A stretch of 64,000 bases of DNA from a virus, in IMG/VR virus record IMGVR_UViG_3300020193_000005, positions 45,137 to 109,136 of that record; one strand, given 5' to 3'. The position numbers were made by a program, and so were the translations under genes. Under the pieces are notes generated by a model. The model searched no databases. It saw nothing but the letters and a program-made list of their open reading frames with translations, and was not told where the DNA came from. Shown piece by piece: positions 42,301 to 46,654 of the stretch; within the stretch, counting starts at the first letter, position 1, and each line of letters opens with the position of its first letter.

Positions 42301-43739
42301 GAGCCGAGTGGATTCCGCTATCCGAAATAGCATCGGGACAAAGATCGATCGGTTTCGGACACGCCGAGTGGTTGAGAAGGGCGGTTGCGTCGATGACCAT
42401 AGATCCCGATAGCGATCCGTTCGGGGAGCTGAGAACGTCGATAGCCAGAAGGCTCTCCTTGCTTTCCAAGGCGGCGAGATTACGCAACCAAAGAATGATC
42501 GAGAGAATAAACGACATCCGCAGAGCCACCGGTAAGCCCCTGCTTCTCCAGTCCGGAAAGATGCCACACCCCATGATGCCGTGGGGGAAGAAGGTCGCCA
42601 GGTCGGTTTGGTCTTTCGGTAAATCGGAGAGCTCCGGCGACTCGGGTGCGATGTCGGCGGAGATGGGACGCGATCTACGAAAAGCTCTCGGTCTGGGGGA
42701 CGAAAACGGCGCTCCTAAATCCGAATACATATCTTCCCAGGAATGGAACGGTGCGAATTCCGCATCCCTTCCGAGCACGTTAGGTTTTTACGGAACTCCG
42801 CAAATTTCGTTCGGAGAAAAATCCGAGGTAGAACAATCAATCGCCGGATTCATGGATCCGACGCAGTATTCCGTTCCGAGTAGAGCAACGGGCCTCTGGA
42901 TACCCTACATAGACAGGAGCGTCGCCAGGGCGGCGGCCAATAGAACAACGGATCCCAAGGCAGTGCCGACGGCGTACATTATCGGCGGACCCTCCGGCGC
43001 CGGAAAGTCCTATCTGAGGACTTCCGGTTACGACGGAATACCGGGTTACGATTTCGCCGTTACGGCGGATCCGGACGACGCAAAGATCGTTTCCCCCGAA
43101 TTCGCTTACTTTGCCGAAGCCATAGGCAAGAGAGAAAACGGAAAACCCATATACCGTGGACCCTCCATAGCGGCCGCGTTGCATGAGGAGACTAGATCCG
43201 TATCCAACGCTCTCTATATGTCAGGCATGAATTCCGGTCTGGACGTCGTGTACGACACCAGCGGTCAGTTCAGGGACGGCAATACCCTGGGACTGACGAA
43301 GGCGTTCGGTTATTCAATCAAGGGTTATTACGTATTCGGTCAGCCGGGAATACTGGAGAGCAGGGTCGCCGAAAGAGGGGATACCAGTGGAAGATTCGTG
43401 AGCAGAGGCATGTCTGAAACCATAGGAAACAACCTGGCTAGCATCATCCCGCAAATTGTTCAGTACTTCGACGAGTTGAAGATTCTCGACTCATCGACCA
43501 ACGTGGAGAGACCGAAGGTCGTGGCGATATACAAGAAGTCCCCGGACGCCATTCAGGGCAAACCCGATAACGGACAACTAATCGGTCAATGGGAAGTTTT
43601 GTCGCCGATATTCTTCAAGTACGTCAATGTCGTCGGTCCGGCTGGCGCGGGAAGCCAGGAGATGCAAAAAAACTTCAGACAATACAAGATCATCCCTGTG
43701 ACATTTGACTCCAGAACCATGTTGTGGCCCGATCAATAA
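24339..43739 (+). CDS. Giant 6466-aa multidomain virion cargo protein/polyprotein: DUF3721-like and shared tag, HTH arrays, Clp-N repeat, Nudix hydrolase, C-terminal zeta-toxin-like kinase
   Basis: Single 19.4-kb ORF; Nudix box GLRDGDEDLMTTAIREATEEVGL at 42084-42152; P-loop GGPSGAGKS at 42984 with DPDDAK; Clp-N-like RFNDPAR..GHLL and FTAHAKKA..DLVSAIL; ten DSGAM-type motifs. Confidence 0.85.
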   Translation: MTEDHEQGDCCPLSPDGHSPEEKSFSFGPRQVRPDEFDAFVDKESARSRARQLGCIGIRQYSSTAGGLIWMPCSNESDYRRVTGRSPLGRRERRRILRNEIESVMKKKDLGPSLGMSDARDMNPATAIDADLDRLVLEGIPTINLGRGVPDPTPFGTEIPKIPETRRVLDAPEKIEARTPDEPRKKKLKRIRKIIEPVVAPKASPLSSAAKKFGKINFQKITKKKKPKKKKLNYSTVIGNMEKLLTDFPVDYSFVPKPISDDARSKLGLTGAAGLPAERIRSGAAIAEISEQSINSMKNIFQMIGSQTGNQYASLIDSRIAKMNSAQRPVAPRPPTGSATLLGAILSVQRSNNEEFIGTYGVGDSDLFSENYVSSMEKLISQGFFPETASYLVSNFNDMDGGQRKAANMLGMSDRSLRRLRRAAEKSNKVFGVGTETIGLAKVDSDPFEVATAVLLARNYLLENARKNGVDYDMWRAVSELTGANKQVTRRMFSSIFSANRDYLGEVYGDSRNVSEYGNGLLRLASGAAANMSENDATDLNSMMNDSDSGAMAIYIPPSNRRPRDINPKASLIYPMHKRQSGSWSEIAKDVQKILRKIKKNFRHVGDAEPKRFSSLEKDIGQILLELLPYSFTDYAREIAILQAILRDRVEFNLLPIGEVGSNIGGKFVPDVQKLSVLGQNGLLDLFEPINAVNARTPERDLVPKPLSLVRAISLLTEALDIASRAASEILATTGRERFYGDIGLRTRQELERRDKSAVNFLVSDAYRTRDYAEDVDGFSPYEQLVIFGRGMKTTTDDVGQIRDYLSDRLRRLERITNFGGTMDASKINMFEATESGLGDEIIDAIRGINEAWFNTLLPSYVKPVPVADPSTREIRELSPGSTARRYRTAKQFSDALAETFDSLYMRNASPDLPSSLFDPEGETIVKDRFFDAYEELLPLILDPENPSRPAFTYSEIDAAIRESFAELLDRKPRGVAELMKNLLNDGLMEDVKRNLRNRFGGYDASLGGDPRVTEKFRFVDAQSIIPRLTRERSARRLRRATASVSDDGDSGRMGGFSVPRPIQSATGGTPGGIGFDKNYVRSGDLANEMRQIDENSKRFWDMVDDKVSLRVAARGLALLEDLKDPQKLRSLIDDISSLAPTINGQRLEPYSNNDAIAIVKGMKDLFDRNELSDIANNSVTYDPDRPWTANVMTFLMGRQTGKNPLPKQFFGAHPDKLRDLRFAPLYYDNNMRTLRPFMESLGIGSDGEMIKFAMTGRPITGSRKHTSPKNKDNQEANYVGDVMAMFVEGPESLSRYSGGDNENDPRRNSDVGIGQAFEYAYQVYLRDPRRKMNGSPLLTVVGDPAREFAVRNDFRKRIHDLWNEAERVYGREIQGRPAPIQDEALYYAATQAVKLAETNSSRLVTREDFSEVMDVILRNDMGRGFSTFGEIATAILGEKAEAFRELSGEDLRKAVINSMTPELKKKLTDKKKRMKTAEEIFFASAVAIADFPWDSDDDHSNKKKEDWIEVGKRIGELNQASVFYDEFYKYLSENGGDNAKYFDARFGKFITSNQLSVIVDDIAPGLTEGIFAGESGRMSKGEMMSEEEYKAIVAARNAIVERVRRSRFLSSLDFAQEKVDEINELAEKADKLIEWKRARLLSLVTPRDGALTDDDWFVYAAIGGFYRPFRSIFLQRFDEKSAPISVTTARDKLRTFIAEAGSDVVRELFGWVSTAIRGEEDEPTEDGETKFRTVYELTSDGGVSPILDRPDLFERSDDARNEISYIDPKAKEPIMVRAEDGSLIPKQKSPAELRKASTPIKVLTPYGKLNKAILDGALRAGLVAMPSADEAENELPLDIALSVFGGELPLIELPKSWHEPLSDEELELTFTRADLAEISKQVKLFNRRFALEMLTGEKVSPDVSQKVVRGKAEFIATPEQLSQNQALEAMNPLNQSSVKSFVNTLSPEQLKTIGALFGSDQSSAIKLTPEMLLAANGGLDEVNLSVAKLIVEAAKKVAFLRRTENGDDLINQRVATILGDSSLGDNEKKVITAVGSGDSDAAKKAFIDLPRESAASLSRSLLKPIYDLSAKDAQGNLVAGIADVTQTDAESGLQWTRNLLEHVLSMPEPLQFLEEFRKGLKTGAARRAVIEVGTSRTADPGAETTALRTVKLDGEWMKRFVIGKPVDGKGYIIMRVLDGQDRTRLDEMREKIQNFSGSSSEAAEIISLMTDEEVTNFLINKVYPALVAKGMRDKFSFGMAQVTAELDAKMRSIGRRLRKSSSVTEILDATEAAIAEAFDGRTRDMLTREELVQYGDLVAYFAAGGKQILPPEKYRSALAEMAAERRRVVQRIKDRADEETREEEELYEAMMDPPIEQSLLEALQRARDPQTIADLAEQEELYRIMGGGRIPGSGLRPYDGVDENLGESTFWKMFRPDPVTDDDSEQNRFGEGDPFGQSDTGRMTMPLPPPPPDPAVNIGDREYSRLTKENAERTFGAWTYQMIFRNYSTIFGGRGTGAPHISPQSYPTAPLTRNPYHYDRARRAIDAMWRLTTGDVPEAVRIRLENDEKVQLEQAKEWLDDLIWVTAEYMRMAGIDVPDDYDPKLAANKNNPIQRIFLDNMAEATLLALYFPFTFKIPVRSSGTEGAADWVPQDDQDFNVEGLNSADRPNLIYAAYHSIVAGDFSVSSGIDSGGRDISRWIFNPKPQNEGPVTPLGPIETEIYGSRDDGTPPTDVVSDATSGGEQDDGSPFLEDPLIKELTDFIATIILNPFGGSEYSFNEWLDQANRYSKILGSSHYEKRGSGKGLIDLVTEDRSVINVDKVLSEIIKTGGAGDEFSTPDSLISFGDLSIADPDYGPSFPGVSDEINAPSMFDNMSPQEISKQRKIGISSTSKASQAARAGWWASLQSGKHPMEIASSEKTSDGINWHPDIVEEGIRKHAKQNGIASSVVDAAFDAAEKAYEAKNLSTAKLKSIAAIREIVDANPNNLAKVFNDLEELLKQRESERKETSNQYQERIRRPILAHAATLKAYEEILKVKLKELNDLMAGDKTSKSEAVDKYRKAVVGVYADIVNITRAIRKMHRDSVASKRALDAIDEEIEQIRDYVQRAAKAVNVSVKAINQRMQMIRAIKNGIAASGTDSGAMSIPMKFGSEILYIPANPRITREKPQSLLSSFEKALVRAAATIGDGTNEIPEQASLVLPNLRMIRSGLFEEFVGLPNRNSVRSIGNSLRVALNKFASAVTAEEFLRESMGDRFVNFRSLGFNLLPEKTRRIAEDAILDGTMVSSANNGVTENDAIGAMIMHAEATEAVRNAIIGSSIRDAAEYLNVSQDTVRDAIETESKLADLTRDVTRAHSLARRLSKSNDRRYTSNFVRRKFYDLIQDGFPEERLLYPSTFSRNQAVAAAQNALRVNEIYGLTEQELMAASGSDEEISRLISYLRTREAKASARKFNDLPENWTRMSFAEKNSWLSSEEGLRAFGRFGVMVQAQLIQQEINDFGIPDGPVFAMGTKIFEKETMIPSMINERGVSRLFVADPLTSYDLLRSGNNSYLMLEDRLPSLYEISDEGMARFLNSSPELISEFRNGNLMLSEKAAEKIAKAVGLDYAEIWGMRRPQIATNEGNFYWLASNWALVGPTISAINDGTPTNSISDLVNDGGRKIPQKVSELISSGVVDAFYDAVNPNGITQADADGYIASLGKKKRKEVISILASAGYGESEIVASTGFNPNTVRNVLRETRMSGMAPAAVGSREWTMSNARAIRADSKNGVSKRELMRKYGIGARSLNSILSEGSSVAYRSAYRSDSGAMASRRLNDEAKVARREATDQDKIVVGEEMGITKDVMGNEIRDIPGFHPIVARVANPFEAENGAGLNADGTNKVESPENTVIENIVMMWKSITDLFVNYALSGGRIRLPSDKFRYVAGFGEDVLVDLVWADKVSNMGRETNSYGTTYAKTQLDAMRGEFSFAIKTLLKKVMEEKELRGGIDGLANAIAGQLGLVPSLFGYMFAMHENLDEVIQDSTPGRSRTPFKPFGTQYKRALKAVLAADDLSQTINGVRKSEDAISPLLRDPRQMMKYIPEDLKRRYTETITTTDSEPAQVEVSGFNGQEDVRVLAYVASTIADLASGDVDRYFDETSPGDTTMYFNSPEGKFIALMVALGNIRPTFRYLPYANTLGMYYSGNENDEVLDGSGFVREVISEIEQNYAAWAERFIDRLTPMVNDGDQNMRLYDVSNFRDPLTDGSNWGKRVFLDGTNFNNSIKDALFLQGQIDDSDQPTSMVLQLSMTGDGSVVPSLSVLDSIIAPMEEAYFFAPDIRDGIPVSNSGFSFVMPSPMRETIRRARGDITAEGILAAGEMGISIPSSEIVEEKLSNFITPENYGGDTEYYPGIENMIRWMVERGLASEIVRGLDSQSPGSKYSVDPAVLEEIDILTRSEPDLFPSGGRSAPIDYTLSPDLAALEKLVKAPNVSTSVPLFKRQDYFHLRDAIPYLVSLLEVMKQRNTATLPPSYDLMPILNAETGDVIGMSPGNIVDSGIDPTVSLNPNYWPRATRFSQMIIEAVQQSEKIAGFPAELKQIVNEMTPREFALLDWIVSMNQSLQPIFELWDTSTLVAFEQEGSHPSFNTRRTMAGTTEYPSSIFSTGERASGLPLVVPPKNVRGQQLTAFDGQDQVLDQVPFGSERIEFGGTQPNSVVDDQVYAYAMDQIFKKLASYGSKSSETLVNEVIFNSPVIQTLKNKTQIDDDDLRTLLDDGKESGEVVAMILSDLLAEGIMRAAVRESGANIRYAPFSSGDESIRVDGVRGENLRKFLDAVRPRRDFYGFWSMYGPDVVYSLPNNDEPYLPIWEDDRKLTEFFGVRPYAPEIFFPYGSTEKLENDASLKGSLVGTNELFDALQRSPSRWWWDRQAPLIGSTADDGNVTTPEAIVDDAERTASQYVLNMSPDELIEYLLSVQESASGRRTEESGVAVRPPNLPSILRRAFGDMNDLTFENIPYNKLDEWTGTIVSELNPRDVTPERVMEELRRIFPYMGNGDEDYFPVVGTLFDEAMETLSRFGDESDPLKMSPSQFFGGEKLDELAEISSRTREEIESRIRAIMRFPEIFNDQTLISDNDSLLKAIGYVESETVRKARFSNLMSQLRQSLDTQMRRVAEGQRMLNDLRRAAAVLTKPDDQFAKMSSVAMAINEYIDSRRVAGDINDVTAFRLKSELQQIIIRNVFGTEIDGVGGSALMMQFADMIPYIPERLESFSRTRDEARSGYKTIYDSIISSGTSPFVGVKATFPTLADVENFMSEFEKETGRPFDPDKDMNAIPAGGNIPSNIFVRILAQRINDDATESLVDRGLPLPQSENAELLAILDALSQAQTMIYAKLRGFERADANAGVFGNVKTMKDVGREISELTARNEAVKARYKLIGRYKAEVVDPMLESFNDNQEENLQKMKTFREWLADSGYEDMLGDGSDSDSGAMSTHAMVVSRFNDPARAAILYGADESMADKTDFVTTGHLLIGAWRAVESVMEEEGSLKLSQIASVTTLRNVLANMNKAAGKDRGNKPRITDFTAHAKKAMTNAILVASQRGSDLIDVADLVSAILRPSLNEGKDDGLGDALSEAGISVADTLLAFQGYLTAATAPAQADSGSMTVGRAVDARRESVRERTRARLAHKAAWFNPYGAYLLGKSDDGEIPPGFSQINISPEKINDEALVREVSRLGDIYAMSITSGALPAEDFRSGESPFDDVPERPFNSISTFGELGQRPTDLVGAIRDAITRADALIVDQTQRDRLNQYLADMKLMFDNYLHVDEVMGGDSGAMRRRNPRTIAEIIEPIRDMFAKEEKYGQKKYYEHIYGPVYDTQSQLNKSARYEAYRSPFELSNNLRIEKDDIQWSTNDWVYKKDDKFIEAADAVIIKMRDGNFATAQVAMITRKSGPFRGSISTVGGLRDGDEDLMTTAIREATEEVGLPEEMILQAVPLGMIEAPDWDPRFANGIRVAAGMFVVPWDTDLSAGSDASGAEWIPLSEIASGQRSIGFGHAEWLRRAVASMTIDPDSDPFGELRTSIARRLSLLSKAARLRNQRMIERINDIRRATGKPLLLQSGKMPHPMMPWGKKVARSVWSFGKSESSGDSGAMSAEMGRDLRKALGLGDENGAPKSEYISSQEWNGANSASLPSTLGFYGTPQISFGEKSEVEQSIAGFMDPTQYSVPSRATGLWIPYIDRSVARAAANRTTDPKAVPTAYIIGGPSGAGKSYLRTSGYDGIPGYDFAVTADPDDAKIVSPEFAYFAEAIGKRENGKPIYRGPSIAAALHEETRSVSNALYMSGMNSGLDVVYDTSGQFRDGNTLGLTKAFGYSIKGYYVFGQPGILESRVAERGDTSGRFVSRGMSETIGNNLASIIPQIVQYFDELKILDSSTNVERPKVVAIYKKSPDAIQGKPDNGQLIGQWEVLSPIFFKYVNVVGPAGAGSQEMQKNFRQYKIIPVTFDSRTMLWPDQ

Positions 43740-43809
43740 ACCCTTTCCGACGATGTCGTTTCGGGATACTTTAAACTACCGATTCCGAATTTGGTGGTAG
43801 ACTGAAGAC

Positions 43810-44001
43810 ATGCGAGAAAGAAGCAAAGCGACCTCCGGTCTGAATCCGCTGGAAGCCATACAACTCGTCGCCCTGGGGATGGGTTCTTTGAAAGACTACG
43901 GATTGGCCGACGACGAAAAAAATCGGAAAACGGTTGACGACCTAAAGAGGGAATATTCCGAGGCCCTCGAACAAGGTTACTGGGTTGACGTAATAGCCTG
44001 A
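43810..44001 (+). CDS. Small hypothetical protein, probably leaderless; candidate partner of the zeta domain
   Basis: 63-aa ORF; extended -10 TGGTAGACT ends 6 nt before the ATG. Confidence 0.6.
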   Translation: MRERSKATSGLNPLEAIQLVALGMGSLKDYGLADDEKNRKTVDDLKREYSEALEQGYWVDVIA

Positions 44002-44127
44002 TTTTGAAGCTACTTACACTACGGACTCAAGTATTCTGCTAACTTTGAATGCAGACGCAAGCAGCGGGTGCTTACCTGGCGCTGTCTAATCAAGCAGCAA
44101 CAACAACCATGCCCAGGAGGCAAAATC

Positions 44128-45501
44128 ATGTCGGAAGACACGAGCAGACTCCGCGAGTTGCAGTCAGCGCTCCGCGAGAAGATGCAGCAAAACAAGGACA
44201 TCGCGGATTCCTTCCGCGTTGACAACGGAGCGGTCGTCGTTACGACCGAGCAGAAGTCGGCGTTCGACAAGAACATGTCCGACATCCGCGAGATCAAGGG
44301 ACTCATCGAGGGTCTCGAGTCGCTGAAGAACATTCAGGACTGGGGTTCGGCTCCGGTCGACGCTTCGGTCGCTGCTCAAGCAGCCGCCCATGCTCCTCAG
44401 CAGGCTCCCCGCCCGTCAAGCGTCGGACAAGCGTTCGTCGAATCGGTCGAGTTCAAGGCGCTCAACAACGGACGCAACGGCGCGAACATGCCGTCGGCGT
44501 TCCAGTACCAGGGTGCCCTGACGGCCTACGGTCAGAAGGACATCTACACGGCGCTGCCGACGACGGGTCTCGTGGCTCGCGCCGGCGGTCTTGATGACTT
44601 CGGCACGATCCAGCGCGATCCGATGGTCACCCCACCGCAGCGCACGAAGCGCGTCCGCGACCTTTTCCCGGTCCGTACGACTTCGGCCGCGGTGATCGAG
44701 TACTTCCAGCACATCGGCTTCACCACACCGGTGACCGGTGCCGTTGGCGCTGATCGCACTCGCGGAACCAACAACGCAGCCGCGGTCGCCGAGCGCACCA
44801 GCGGAGCGTTCACGTCCAAGCCGCAGTCGAGCTTCCAGTTCGTCGGTCAACAGGCTCCCGTTCGCACTCTCGCGCACTGGGAAGCCGCGCACCGCAACGT
44901 GCTGGCGGATGAACCGCAGCTTCGTTCGATCATCGACAACGAGCTCATGTACGGCTTGCGCCTTCAGGAGGACTCGCAGATTCTCAGCGGAGACGGCACC
45001 GGCGAGAACCTTCTCGGCGTGCTGAACACCCAGGGCGTTCAGGAATACTCCTGGTCGTCGGGTGCCAACGCTTCGGCGAACTCAAAGGCGGACACCAGGG
45101 CGGATGCGATTCGTCGCGCCGCTACCTTGGCGTTCCTCGCCTACTACGAACCAAGCGGCGTGATTCTCCACCCCAGTGACTGGGAGAGAATCGAGCTGGC
45201 GAAGGACGGAAACGGTCAGTATCTCGTGGCGGTCTCCGTCGCGTTGGGCGGCGAGCCCCGCGTCTGGCGCATCCCAGTGGTCGAAACCCCGGCGATCCCG
45301 GTGGGTACGGCGCTGGTCGGTGCGTTCGGCACCGGAGCCCAGCTGTACGACCGCGAGCAGGCGAGCATCAGGGTCAGCGAGCAACACGCCGACTTCTTCG
45401 TCCGCAACGCAATCGTCATCCTGGCCGAGCAGCGCCTGGCGCTGGCGGTCAAGCGTCCGGAGTCGTTCGTCAAGGTCACGTTCGACAACGCGCCAGCCTG
45501 A
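44128..45501 (+). CDS. Major capsid protein, HK97 fold with N-terminal delta/scaffold region
   Basis: SD AGGAGG before ATG at 44128; coiled-coil N-terminus; RVRDLF, QILSGDGTGENLLG, HPSDW, FVRNAIVILAEQRLALAVKRPESFV; strong C/G-ending codon bias. Confidence 0.95.
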   Translation: MSEDTSRLRELQSALREKMQQNKDIADSFRVDNGAVVVTTEQKSAFDKNMSDIREIKGLIEGLESLKNIQDWGSAPVDASVAAQAAAHAPQQAPRPSSVGQAFVESVEFKALNNGRNGANMPSAFQYQGALTAYGQKDIYTALPTTGLVARAGGLDDFGTIQRDPMVTPPQRTKRVRDLFPVRTTSAAVIEYFQHIGFTTPVTGAVGADRTRGTNNAAAVAERTSGAFTSKPQSSFQFVGQQAPVRTLAHWEAAHRNVLADEPQLRSIIDNELMYGLRLQEDSQILSGDGTGENLLGVLNTQGVQEYSWSSGANASANSKADTRADAIRRAATLAFLAYYEPSGVILHPSDWERIELAKDGNGQYLVAVSVALGGEPRVWRIPVVETPAIPVGTALVGAFGTGAQLYDREQASIRVSEQHADFFVRNAIVILAEQRLALAVKRPESFVKVTFDNAPA

Positions 45502-45530
45502 TCTGATCTGAGCTGACGCAAAAGCTTCGT

Positions 45531-45578
45531 CCCCGTCCTAGCCGAGGAACATTCGGTCGGGGCGGGGGTGTCGCTTTT
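45531..45578 (+). terminator. Putative intrinsic terminator after the capsid gene
   Basis: GC-rich stem ccccgtcctagccga...tcggtcggggcgggg followed by a T tract. Confidence 0.55.
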
Positions 45579-45631
45579 AACGGCTTTATTTTTTCGTCGT
45601 TATTTTGAAGTTGTATAATTTGTATTGAGCC

Positions 45632-46030
45632 ATGAACAATCCTTTGGACATCCTTAATGGAATAATGTCGGGGAAATTGAAGCTCGTCGTCGTGGACGCT
45701 CCGCCGGAAAAACCGAAGCTTTCTCCGGACGAACAGGCTCTCTCCGACGCTCTCGTGGCGATCGCCGACAGATACGGAAAATTCAACGAGGACGAAACCG
45801 GGATTTGGGCGGGCTACGACTCCCCGAAGGAGAATCTCGTCAAGGAAATAGGGGTCAAATGCGCTAATTGCGCGCTCTACCAAGGCAACGGAGTCTGCAG
45901 AATAATCGCGCAAAAGGTGGAAGATGAGGGTAAGTGCAGGTTCGCCGTAATACCGGACGGCGTGGTCAAAGGAATATACGATCCGAGTAAATCAGTTTTT
46001 TCTTCGCGTAAGAAGAGAAGAAAGAAATGA
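45632..46030 (+). CDS. Hypothetical protein with a HiPIP-like four-Cys motif
   Basis: CANCALY...CRII...GKCRFA; TATAAT upstream at ~45614. Confidence 0.65.
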   Translation: MNNPLDILNGIMSGKLKLVVVDAPPEKPKLSPDEQALSDALVAIADRYGKFNEDETGIWAGYDSPKENLVKEIGVKCANCALYQGNGVCRIIAQKVEDEGKCRFAVIPDGVVKGIYDPSKSVFSSRKKRRKK

Positions 46031-46434
46031 GCAAGGAAAGATTCTGGTACGGAGCGAGAGTGCTGAACGTGGTTGACGGGGACACCGTGGACCTCATGAT
46101 CGACCTCGGGTTCAACATTCACCACAAGATCAGGGTCCGCCTCTTCGGAGTGAACACCCCCGAGTCGAGGACCAAGGACGCGGCCGAGAAGGAGATGGGC
46201 CTGAAAGCCAAGTCGTTCACCAAGGACTGGCTGGACAGGCACCAGTGGGTTTTCGTCAACACCATTCCGGACAAGAACGACAAGTACGGAAGGATCCTCG
46301 CAAAGGTCTACTCCTCGGACAAGGTGGACGACCCGACGACGGCGTGCCTCAACGTCGACATCGTGCAGGCGGGTTTCGCCAGGGAGTACTATGGCGTCGG
46401 CGACAAGACCTGGGCGGAGTACAAGACCAAGTGA
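46027..46434 (+). CDS. Thermonuclease (SNase-like) family nuclease
   Basis: VVDGDTVD, RVRLFGVNTPE, DKYGRILA, GFAREY. Confidence 0.92.
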   Translation: MSKERFWYGARVLNVVDGDTVDLMIDLGFNIHHKIRVRLFGVNTPESRTKDAAEKEMGLKAKSFTKDWLDRHQWVFVNTIPDKNDKYGRILAKVYSSDKVDDPTTACLNVDIVQAGFAREYYGVGDKTWAEYKTK

Positions 46435-46640
46435 AGAAAAACGAACAGTACGAGCTCGACGATCGTTTCTCCCTACTGGAGGAGAGAATAAGAAGACTCG
46501 AGTCGGTCATCGAGGCAATCGTCGAATCCAAGACGGAACCGGATCGAGGATTCGCGACGAAACCGGATATCGAGTCTTTCAACGCCCTGGGAATAGCTAC
46601 GGTCGCCCAGATATACCTGGCGAAGAAAGCGAACCGGTAA
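46431..46640 (+). CDS. Small hypothetical coiled-coil protein
   Basis: GTGA overlap start at 46431 (MKKNEQYELDD...). Confidence 0.55.
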   Translation: MKKNEQYELDDRFSLLEERIRRLESVIEAIVESKTEPDRGFATKPDIESFNALGIATVAQIYLAKKANR

Positions 46641-46654
46641 ACGGAGAGCGGAAA

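Noticed and set aside
199-42656. DSGAM-coding DNA as internal Shine-Dalgarno plus ATG starts, or as a DNA repeat or recombination site
   Set aside because: GGAG is only 2 nt from the ATG and is missing in many copies, and synonymous variation points to protein-level selection. Internal initiation is not formally excluded.
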